Positions 23,701-33,800 of a DNA stretch of 64,000 nucleotides are shown here, piece by piece. The notes beneath the pieces are model-generated. The model saw only the letters and a program-made list of their open reading frames with translations, was not told where the DNA came from and ran no database searches. Made by a program: the position numbers and the translations under genes. Source of the DNA: a virus (lineage: Duplodnaviria > Caudoviricetes). Location: IMG/VR virus record IMGVR_UViG_3300021979_000004, positions 1 through 64,000 of that record; one strand, written 5' to 3'. Each line of letters opens with the position of its first letter. Positions within the stretch are counted from its first letter, which is position 1.

Positions 23701-24915
23701 TTGGGCAGACCTTATTGTTGAAAAGTTTACTTGAGGTTATATATGACTGGTAAATTTACTGAATTAGTTGAAACTCATGAAGATGCTGTTGATCTCTTGG
23801 AAGGTATGCGTGATGCACTATCTGAAGGTCACAAACATTTCCCCAAACCTAGAAATGAAAAAGAAGCCAATGCCCTAGAAAAGATGGCATGGCAATTATA
23901 TCGTTATGAAGAATGGCTAAAAACAGGTGAACTACCATGAGTTGTACGGAAGTATATCTAGTTACCAGAGACAATAATTGTAACTATGATGAATTTAAGA
24001 ATGCCTTTCGTGGTGCTATGTATGTGTGGAATGATATAGCAACCCGTTACGCTGGATTTGATCATTTCCCTCATTATGAAAGTGATGATCAAATGGAAGT
24101 CTGGAATTATTATTCTCGACATCCGGGTGTAATGAAGCCTCATGAAATGATTGTATTGGCATCCACAATGGATGGCGCTATCGTAGAGCCTAATCGTTAT
24201 ATGGACCTTGTTGATGCATTTGAGAAGTATGGTAAGGAACATCCTAATAGCAATTATGCCGAGCAAGCAGAGTCTATTAAAGGCTTAGTAAGTCTTATCG
24301 GAATTGAAAACCTATATTACATTGCATGGAATCAAACTACGGTTAATAGTTTCTGGGGTGTTGAATATGTAGAAGAAACTGATGAGTTTCAATACTATGA
24401 TCCTGATGGTGGAGACAGACATTTTTTTGTATTTCATCACCTAGAGAACACGCCAACAAAAGAGGAAGTAAGTGATGAGTAATAATTTTCTTTTCTTATT
24501 CACATTTGAAGACGAAGATACTACTGGAAATGATGAATCGGTAACAGCGGTTTATTTAATTAAGATCACTACTGATGAAGGCGAACGTCTAATTAAATAC
24601 TTCGATAGCGATGGTGATGAAAGCGAACGCTTTTATGAAATGATTTCGGAGAATGAAGAAAACTATGGTGTTCATGATGTCAGTTTCATGCCTGACTATT
24701 ATGCTATGGGATATACCAGCTATGAGGTTGAAACTAATTTCCAAGTAACTGTCATGAATAATATTTGTTCTTTCTTTATTGATGAAGGGTTTGAAGATAG
24801 TTACATCATCACTGATGGTGTTTATCGTGAAATGACTGATGTTGATACCATTGATATTACTTATAAATATCTTGAGCCTGAAGATATGAAAAAGTTAAAC
24901 GAATTGCGTCAATAA
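20737..24915 (+). other. Array of hypothetical early genes, two of them small membrane proteins (21406-21657, ~22240-22451)
   Basis: ORF track; hydrophobic segments. Confidence 0.75.
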
Positions 24916-24987
24916 GTATTGACAGATATTAGTTTTGATTGTATTCTTATTACAAGTTGATGAGAAAATAAATTTTAAAAAAGTGTA

Positions 24988-25016
24988 TTGACAGAAACCA
25001 TAAATAACTTTACACT
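24988..25016 (+). promoter_or_regulatory. Sigma70-like promoter with nested CATAAATA
   Basis: TTGACA-gaaaccataaataactt-TACACT, about 10 nt before tRNA-Thr. Confidence 0.75.
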
Positions 25017-25026
25017 TGAACAAGTT

Positions 25027-25323
25027 GCCGTAGTAGCTCAGTTGGTAGAGCAACTGACTTGAAGATACGAGCCTCAATTTGGAAACAATTTGAGTGGAAG
25101 GAATCAAATTCAGGGAAACCTTAACACGTAATGGTGATGGCAATCCTGAGCCAAGCCTAGAAGTTCTAGGAAGGTGCAGAGACTAGACGGTTCCTACCTA
25201 AGCATTCTTAAAAGGAATGTATGGTAAAGGTATAGTCCAGACCACAAATGTGAAGACAGTAGCGAAAGCTATAGTGGTAAGGTAATCAGTAGGTCGGGGG
25301 TTCAAATCCCTCCTGCGGCTCCA
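25027..25323 (+). tRNA. tRNA-Thr(TGT), intron-split: exon 1 25027-25060, exon 2 25282-25323
   Basis: Joined exons give ACTGA-CT-TGT-AA-TCAGT anticodon arm, GCCGTAG/CTGCGGC acceptor and CCA. Confidence 0.92.
25061..25281 (+). ncRNA. Group I self-splicing intron (IC3, trnL-UAA type), 221 nt, no ORF
   Basis: AATTCAGGGAAACC, GGCAATCCTGAGCCAAG, GGTGCAGAGACTAGACGG, ATAGTCC, CAGTAGCGAAAGCT; exon ends in U with U:G in P1 (CTT/GAG); intron ends in G. Confidence 0.92.
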
Positions 25324-26406
25324 AAATTTAGGTAATTAGTATGAATGTAGAAGAAGCATTTGAGCCACAAATTTCTAAAAAACCAGACAGTGATACATTT
25401 ACTGTTTTTGCTCTAGAGGAAGAGCAATATAAAGCTGGTGATGGTGGTCTTATTAAAATGGCTGTAGATTACAACGATCTAGAAGAATTTTACAATCGTG
25501 TTTCATCAAAGTATGATTGTGTTGAGTTTCACGAAGAAGTTAAAATTCCTCTTTTGAGAAAAAAGTAATATGTATATCGCTATTGAAGATGCTTTCTATC
25601 CACAGATAGAAAAGGCCCAGAAAGGATACAACATAATTCCGGCACTATGTGTAATTGAAGGTAAGACTGGAATGAGACAAGTTGATATTCGTTTAGATGA
25701 GTTTAAATCTTTTTGTGATTTTATAGATGCTAATTACGAATGTGTTGGGATGTATGCAAACGATAGAGTGTTCCCAATACTTAGAAGCAAACACGGTAAG
25801 TACCATGCTATCAAATAAATTTGTAGATAAGTTGGTGATTGATATGATGAACGTTGAGCTTATTGAATTCTTGGAAGATCAGGGCTATACTTATTTTGAA
25901 GATGAGCGTAGTTTTAAGACATCATATCCAGCATCAAAAGGATATGGCGAATACTGTATTTGCCCAAGAGATTATCCAGAGAAGTATCCTTGTATGGCAA
26001 GGTCAGAAGATATCTGGCACAATCCTAATGGACAGGATGAACACATTATGTCCTTTATTTATTTACAACAGGAGTGATACTATGGGTTACCGTCTAGAAG
26101 ATTTAGTTGAAGAGTGTGATGCTCAAGCAGAGTATGACGCAGAAGCCAACAAAGAATATGAAGAGTGGATGGAAATGAAAAACGTGGGAAATGAAGTGAT
26201 TCAAGAAGAAGATTGGGGTCAACTTGGAAAGTAAAACACTGACTCCGTTTGACAGTGATTACCCATGGATTTTAAAGTTAAATCCACTGTTCGAAAAGTT
26301 TGGGTGGAAAGTCTGGTGGGAATATGAGTATGTTGGAAGTGTTCTAACGAAGTCTCAAACTCACTGGAAAAGGGTTAATAAAGACCCAAGCTTTTAAAGG
26401 TTTTAT

Positions 26407-26482
26407 TCCCTGATAGCTCAGCCGGTAGAGCAACGGACTGTTAATCCGTGTGTCGTTGGTTCGAACCCAACTCGGGGAGCCA
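26407..26482 (+). tRNA. tRNA-Asn(GTT), second copy
   Basis: Cloverleaf, loop CT-GTT-AA, CCA end. Confidence 0.95.
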
Positions 26483-26487
26483 AATTA

Positions 26488-26617
26488 TGTCTGTCTTTGA
26501 TGAGAAAACTCACTGAGTGATCATTAAGTTTGTTTTCTTTAAGTAAAGATACTTCTGTATGTGAATGTGCACAATAGCATCATAGAAGTAGCAGGTGAGA
26601 TTCCTGTACAGGCACCA
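26488..26617 (+). ncRNA. tRNA-like RNA with CCA end and a non-tRNA body
   Basis: TGTCTGT/ACAGGCA stem, GCAGG-TGAGATT-CCTGT arm, terminal CCA. Confidence 0.55.
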
Positions 26618-26632
26618 AACAAGTTAAGATAA

Positions 26633-26898
26633 ATTATATAGGAGGTTGGCTTAGAAGCAGCCATGGGTGTAATAAAGTAACTGAAAGAGCGTTGCAAAAA
26701 GCATCCTGCTAGTTTAAACTAGTACCTTTAAAGAGTGGGGCGAACTACCACATAGTGGGTAATGCGTAATAATGTCGGGCTTTTAAAGTGGCATATATAC
26801 GTGGTCTGCGGTGGGAAAATAGGGAACTAAGTCGGTACAATGCATAAATAAAATGTAACATGCTAACTCCCTTTTGGCGTAACAGCACACTATATAAT
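26633..26898 (+). ncRNA. 23S rRNA GTPase-associated-centre (L11/L10-binding domain) mimic RNA with two inserts
   Basis: AGGAGGTTGGCTTAGAAGCAGCCAT + CCTTTAAAGAGT + GCGTAACAGCACACT in rRNA order; closed by ATTATATAG/CTATATAAT 9-bp helix. Confidence 0.8.
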
Positions 26899-27030
26899 GA
26901 AGAAACGATGGGATATGGTCAGTTCCATTTGAGTTAACGTATAACATAGAACATAGTCTTCTGGTGTATCGGGAAGATACTTAATAGACGCAGATAGTTA
27001 TACGATCCAGATGACCACCAACAGTTTAAT

Positions 27031-27115
27031 GCGGGTGTGGTGGAATTGGTAGACACGTCTGGTTTAGGTCCAGATGCCGAAAGGCGTGGGGGTTCAAGTC
27101 CCTCTACCCGTACCA
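27031..27115 (+). tRNA. tRNA-Leu(TAG)
   Basis: Type II cloverleaf, loop TT-TAG-GT, CCA end. Confidence 0.95.
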
Positions 27116-27412
27116 ATTTTTAAGGTAGTACATATGGGTGATGATCAGAATCTGGATATTCTTGAAAATGAAAATCCAGTAATGGAAAAAAAGACTTTTG
27201 AAGAATGGATTGATTTAAAAGGTGTAGAAACACAAAGGACATACTTTTTTCCTAAAGGTTTTACATATACTGTCGATAATCCAGTTAAGCTTTTTGTTAA
27301 AAAGTCTGGTAGCCACAAATTGATTGATTCTGAAGGTAAATTGCATTATATTACCAATGACTGGAAAACGTTTTGTGCAGTAGGGGAATTTAAATTTAAC
27401 GTGGAATGATCG

Positions 27413-27508
27413 TGGGGGATGCGCCGAATTTGGTAAGGCGCGGCACTGAGAAATCTATGTCGCGGTCTGAAATAATGACCCTGCGGGTTCGAATCCCGTT
27501 CTCCTGAT
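27413..27508 (+). tRNA. Aberrant type II tRNA (Leu-GAG/Ser-like) with 12-nt anticodon loop
   Basis: D-arm GCGCC-GAATTTGGTAA-GGCGC, loop CTGAGAAATCTA, variable arm, T-arm GCGGG-TTCGAAT-CCCGT; wobble-rich acceptor, no CCA. Confidence 0.55.
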
Positions 27509-27945
27509 ACTCACGACAAGGATATTAAAGGATGATAGTCAGTGATGTAATATTGTTTTTTGAAAACATAGACCCTGATGTGGATATTGATTTAATACAC
27601 CAAAAATACGTTGATAGTAATATGGATGTATTAATAGCAATGGGGAATATTGATCAAGGGCAAATAGTTTTAGATGTTGCTGTATATGAGCTAGATATTG
27701 ATGATGCTACAATGAAGGCTGTTCACATAGCGGAAGAAATATTTGGCATTAACAAATTAACTAAGTGTACGGCTAGTAAGAGTGAAGTACCTGACGAGTA
27801 CAAAGACACTTAATGCATGACGAAGCATACTTCAGGTTCGATCCCTGACTAGGTAAAAGCCTAGAAAGATTTGGTTAGTATGTGGAGTTGTGAAGTCTCT
27901 TACATTGTGATTTCGCGATAACGATGTTTTGAGGCGGCGCTATTC

Positions 27946-27976
27946 AAAAAGGACAGGTTATGCCTGTCCTTTTTTA
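27946..27976. terminator. Bidirectional terminator ending the ncRNA/tRNA operon
   Basis: AAAAAGGACAGG-TTATG-CCTGTCCTTTTTT. Confidence 0.85.
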
Positions 27977-27977
27977 T

Positions 27978-28490
27978 TTAAAATTTAGTAGTATATTCTA
28001 AGAAAAAGTTTTCAGCCATGAAGTTCATAACTCCACCCTTAATCGAGACTTTAGACTTTTCTGTAATTTGTTTGTTGTATCTTAAGAATGGATTCACAAA
28101 AGGAACAGTACCTAATGAAACAATAGGTTTATATCCAGTTGCTAATCCAAAGTCTGATCCAAGCTCCCACTGTTTGTCATCCTGTGAAACCTCAATTCCG
28201 GCTATTTCACTATCTTCATTTACACTATTTTCACCTTTGGCGATGAATATACCAAGGTTTTGATTAATGTTTACTCTTATGCCTATGAAATTGTTATCAT
28301 TATTAATGTCTATATCTTTCTCACCAGTCACTTCATCGTCGTATTTATCGACTGCATGGTGGAAGGTAAAGAAATTATACGCAATGCTGTATGACCAGTC
28401 TTCTGCTGCATCGGGCGTAAACAAACCATTATCGGAGGCTTTAGAATTTAAGCTTATTAATAAAATTAAAATAGTGAATATATTTTTCAT
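27978..28490 (-). CDS. Putative outer-membrane beta-barrel protein (PagP-like pattern)
   Basis: Signal peptide, alternating strands, H...N.N, NS and GY motifs, C-terminal Y-x-x-x-F. Confidence 0.4.
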   Translation of the reverse strand: MKNIFTILILLISLNSKASDNGLFTPDAAEDWSYSIAYNFFTFHHAVDKYDDEVTGEKDIDINNDNNFIGIRVNINQNLGIFIAKGENSVNEDSEIAGIEVSQDDKQWELGSDFGLATGYKPIVSLGTVPFVNPFLRYNKQITEKSKVSIKGGVMNFMAENFFLEYTTKF

Positions 28491-28560
28491 CTTTTATGTT
28501 CTCACTTGAAATATTTTTTAAGGGTGTGTATACTATTTAGAATTATTAGAGGATTTTTCT

Positions 28561-30223
28561 ATGTTTACGTTGTTTGATTTTATTGTGATTGGTGTAGCGC
28601 TTATAGTTTTTATTCTTCTTCTTTTGATGGTGAATATAAAAGAAGGGTTCCTTGGAATAAAAACCCAGAGGCAATTACAGCTTGTCCTTGCTGGTATCGT
28701 GTTTATTCCAGTTGCTATTTTTTATATGTACGCATACTTGGTATACTCGCCTCTAGATAACCAGAAGTATGAAAGTTATTACGGGAAGTTTGAACGTATT
28801 GTTCAAATTACTGGTAGTCGAAAGTATCCTGATGCTACCGTTAAGACCAGTGCATATACGCTTTACAATATGGACACTCGTTATTTTCAACACGTAAATG
28901 AAGGCGATAAAATTTATTACCGTGTAGAAGGAAATGGTCGAGCTATCCACACATACTATGATGTCGGTGGACGACGTTATGGGGTTTCCAGTTGCTATTA
29001 TCCTATGACATGTTGGGATAGGATGGTTAAAAAATATAATTTTCAATTAGGAGAGAAGAATGATATCAGTCCATATATTAGAAGGCCATGATAAAATCAG
29101 TCCTATGGATTGGGTAAGGCCGTTGCATTTTGATGGTGAAGCCAATACTAGAAGTCATTATTCAGGACTGCCAGAGAATAACACTATGTGGATTCGTGTT
29201 AATGAATGTTTTGGTGACTGGATGTTTGGTAAAACTGTTGATGAGTTCCACAAGCAAATGAATAAGAAAATGTACCATTCTATTAATAAAGGTTTACAGT
29301 ATGAATTTGTTCGTGGTATAATGCCTGATAATCACATTTGGCATTTTGAAGGGGATGGACTATGTACGATCTTAGACAAACTCCAATAGCACTTAAGACC
29401 TTAACCGAGAAGCAGGGTCTTAAAGATAAAAATAATAGTCTTCAAGTACTTTGGGATGCAATTGTAGAAAAGCATTCTATAGGCAATGACGACGATACTG
29501 TAAAAGAATTGTATGACATTGAGTACGATCATCTTGACAGTTGGCCTCGTGGAGCCATTCTAGATATATTGGCTACTACGGTGACAAAAGCAAACTGGTG
29601 GCCTACTAATGGTGATAGTGAGGAAGATACAAAAAGGTTTCTCGAAGAATATGTAAACAATATGATTAACGAATACGGTTTTGGGAAAGAAGATGAGTGA
29701 CGTAAGTAAAAAAGATATTCGACTTATTAACAAAGTATACCAGCATAGTAAACGATTTATGCTACGCTGGCCTTTGTCAGATTCAGACTTGAATAGGTTT
29801 AACTACGATCTGTCTGAAATCGAATCAGCGATTGATCGTGGGATACTTGTCGTTGCTAAAAAACAGATGTTCCCTTCGGTTGTGATAGATGTGTTGGAAG
29901 TAAAGGAAGATTATGAACAGTACGTATCACAGAATACTTTACATTTTTTAGATCAGAAGCGAGAAGCAAAAGAAGCCTCTCGTAAAGAAATACAGCGTCG
30001 TGGTTATGTCGATCATTACAAACATGAACGCAATCCTTTTGAAGGATGGAAGTTAAGGAATGCTGGTGAAAAAAATATCTGCACTGTTTGTTTGGCTTTG
30101 AATAAACCATGTAAGCATGGCACAGAATTTATTAAAAAACTCCCGCCTGACGCGAGAGTTCCTAAAGCAAATGCAAGTAAAACCCGATGGAAACAATTCA
30201 AAGAATTGTTTCTAAAGGATTAA
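28561..30223 (+). other. Four hypothetical genes (first is a 2-TM membrane protein)
   Basis: ORF track. Confidence 0.7.
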
Positions 30224-30756
30224 GTTATAGTGAACGTTTTTTGAACACCGCTTTGCCAGTCGTTCAGTCCGGTCACACTAAGCACTTCATGATAATTAAC
30301 ATTGTCATCAGATATTAAAACTTTAAAGTCTCTTATACTTCTGGAAGTCCAATCATCTGAATTGTGTGATCCCGGTAGTATTTGTACCTCTGTGAAATCA
30401 CTTGTACTTCTAGCACTACCGACATCGAGTGTTACGTATTGTAATCCGGCATTGTCAGTCAGCCATCTATTATTTGTTCCATTGGCATTATCAAATGCTT
30501 TCCATGGTTCATATAGTGGATCATTATTATAATACCCACTCCAATCAACAACTTCAAAAGAACCAGTTACGAAATCTGTCATAGAAATGTTGGGGGTAGG
30601 TGTGGCGTTTATAACATACGATATATCACCAACGGTTGTTATGGTATTTCCATTATTACTTAAAATTTCAAATTTTATATATCTGAATGATGTTATTACG
30701 TCGGGTAGTACAATCCCAACTTTTATATTTGTTGGAGAAACGTTTGTCATTTTCAT
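30220..30756 (-). CDS. Discoidin/F5-8 type C carbohydrate-binding virion protein
   Basis: WKAFD....RW..., VTLDVG, DFKVLISDDNVNY..V pattern; AATAAATA late promoter upstream. Confidence 0.6.
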   Translation of the reverse strand: MKMTNVSPTNIKVGIVLPDVITSFRYIKFEILSNNGNTITTVGDISYVINATPTPNISMTDFVTGSFEVVDWSGYYNNDPLYEPWKAFDNANGTNNRWLTDNAGLQYVTLDVGSARSTSDFTEVQILPGSHNSDDWTSRSIRDFKVLISDDNVNYHEVLSVTGLNDWQSGVQKTFTIT

Positions 30757-30853
30757 ATTATTTAAATTCCTTTATATCTAGTTAATACTATTTATTTGAC
30801 TATCAAAAACATTTCATGTTAATATAATAGTTAAACTAAACAGGAGAATTTTT

Positions 30854-33800
30854 ATGAGATACGATATGAACGCAGTATACGGTCACACAATTAGTGGACA
30901 AATTGCTAAGTTCCCAGACGATGAAAAGCGTGGTTTTATGATCTATGGTAGCACACAAGATATTCTGGATTCTATGGATGATATGTATGCTTATCTTCAA
31001 GAACGTTATCCTGAGTGTAAAGTGATTCGTGAAGAAGATGATGGTACACCGAGAGACATGCCTGTTATTGACACGGCCAACCTTACTGAAACACAAATGA
31101 TTGAAATGTTGAATGCTGTCCAAGCGTTCTATATCGATAACAAGTTTACAGTAGGACCGGTGGAAGTTAAAACTAACCGTCAGTGGCTTTTTGAAGCATT
31201 TGGTATAACAGATTTCCCAGAATATACCGAAGACGATGAAATTTATGTTGAAGACGCAGAGACAGAGTTGGTGGATTACGAAAAATGAAAATGATTCGCA
31301 CTAATCGTACACATACCTGTTGGGGCTACAGACTTTATGTAGTCCCTGAAACTTGGAAGGAAAAGGTATACTTGTATCGTAAAGGTTATCGTGTGTGTAA
31401 AATAGGTATGCTCACAAAAGGTCATTTTTACGTTCACGAGAAACATAGAAATCCTTAATTATTTTTACCATAAGGGTTGTAATTTCAATTTTAATGCTCT
31501 ATAATGGTTACATAATCGAGATAAAGGGGATTACCTATGAAACTGATGATCGTAACCGACTACGTTGAAAACTACGGCGACACCGATACCCCACGTTGGA
31601 AGCAGAAGTTTGGCTCTGTGTATGTTGTTAACAACATCGAGCTTGACAGTGAGTGTAAGGTTGTTGACATCGAGGAAATGAAAGCTCTGGTTGAGCTTGA
31701 CAACCCTGTGGCTCGTGAAACTGTTTCTTATTGGGAAGTTCTGTCTGATGGCGAAAAACTGGATATTGAAGACTATGAGCTTCCTATGGTCATCTACCAC
31801 GAGAAGGTAGACGGTCGTTGGACTGGCTATAAAGTCAACGACACACGCATGGCTGATACTTGGCTGCGTGAGGGAATTCTTATCATGGAAGAGTTCTGGG
31901 ATTGTAAGCCAGATGGCACACGCGAAAACTACCGTCAGCGTTTCACTATGGATGACGGTACAATTCTGAATTCTCAGGATGAGCTTTCAGAATGGTATAA
32001 TGTAGTTTATACCAAGCGTGTAGCTCCTGACGTGCCTGTTCTTTAACAGGCATTTTTATAAAGGTGTTTTATGTTCTTTAGAAATAAATCAAAAGAAAGT
32101 TCCAAGAAGACTATTGATAAAAGTCTTCCTAGTGCAGAAAGTGCTAGGAATAGAACATTTGCTGTTCGACGTAAAGAGAGTGATGACAAAGATCGTTATC
32201 GTCGTGGTGGAATGACAGTAAAAGAAGCTATCCAATATCGAATAGAATTGGGTGAGTTTGACTGCACGGTTGACGTATCCGGTAAAGATTATGATGAACT
32301 TAAACATCTTTGTTGGGCAAATGGTTACAAAATTCGTATTGGTGTCATGGCGGGTACTGGTGATGATGCTCAAATAACAGCTAGAATTTCATGGTGAATT
32401 TATGGATAAGTCTTTGATATTTTTTGGGTTTAATGTTTATGGTGAAACTAAACCTATGAATCTAGAAAAAGCGTCTATGTATATCAAAGCAATTATTGAT
32501 GATATTGTGAAAGATGCTAAAGCTAAAACCGAACAGCTTTCTTTTTCTGAATATGGTCATATACATCCAATTGAATTTGAAGTACATAAAGCATCAGGGA
32601 AGAAAAATCTTATAACTATTGGAACCTTTGCTTTTGTTTGTAATGATATCGAAAGCTTCAGAAAACTCAAGCTTATGCTCCCAGAAAAAAATATTAAAAA
32701 GGTGAAGATTGATGCTAACTATTTTGAGGTTGTGCATCATAATAGTTTGAATATGGCTAGGTTGCCAGAAAGGAATAATCATATTGTTCGTATACGGTAT
32801 GAAAGCTCTTTGAAGACTAATGATAAAAGATTTAATACATTTTATAACTGTGAGAATAATAAAGTGGGTAATGGATTTGCAACAGTTCTTTAAAAGAGTA
32901 TTGACATCGCCTTTGTAGTTCTGTAAAATTGTTAAAATAGATACTGTGCGCGGACCCATGTTTGGGCAGGCTGGATGAACTTCTGGCCTTGACGGTTTAA
33001 TTCCGAGGCCGTGTATGACATTTGTGAGTGGATTGGGCAAGGCAGTATCTACCAAACTATTATGGGGATTCTATGGCTACTAAACAGAAAGTACTCAAAG
33101 AACTTGAAAAGAAAGCTCCCGGTGCAACTTTGGTCATCATTGACGAAGGACTTAGCTTTCAGGCTCAGCTAGACGCTCCTGAAGGGCATCATTGGGAACT
33201 TGAGACTCATACTATGTGTGCACCCGAATGGTACACAGGACCGCGCTCAGAGTATTGGGACATGATTCTAGAAATGATCGATGAACTCCCACGTGCGGTT
33301 CCCTGCTCAGAAGAACATCCATGTGAAGGTATTACTGAATTTGGAGCATGTGAATTCTGGGATGAAGAAGATCGTGAACTGTTTCAACTCCATTGAGGAT
33401 TGCTGATGATTAAAAAAGCGTTTTTGTTACTGATATTCGTTCCGATTGGACTTTTCCTTATCGGGTATGTAAAATGGAAAAAATACAAAATTAAGAGGAA
33501 TTGATATGCAAGCGTTTCTGTCTTTTATGCTCATTATGAGTCTTTACTGTAGTGTATTTGTAATTGGTGGACCAATGCTTATGCTTGAAGCATGTTCAGA
33601 TGGAGAAATGTTCGGACGTGGTTGTGAAATGGCAGATAACTATGGTGAAGCATATATGGTAGCAGCCTTTGCTTGGATCATGGGTTCTATTCCGCTTGGA
33701 ATCTTTGTGATGTTTATCTATACACTTAGTCGTTCTATTTATGAAGCATATCAAAAACGTAAAGTGGAAAAGGAAATTGAGAAAAATAAACCTAAGTATT

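Noticed and set aside
26633-26898. A true rRNA gene or host contamination
   Set aside because: Only the ~55-nt domain matches, split by non-rRNA inserts and flanked by phage tRNAs; no other 23S/16S sequence recognised.
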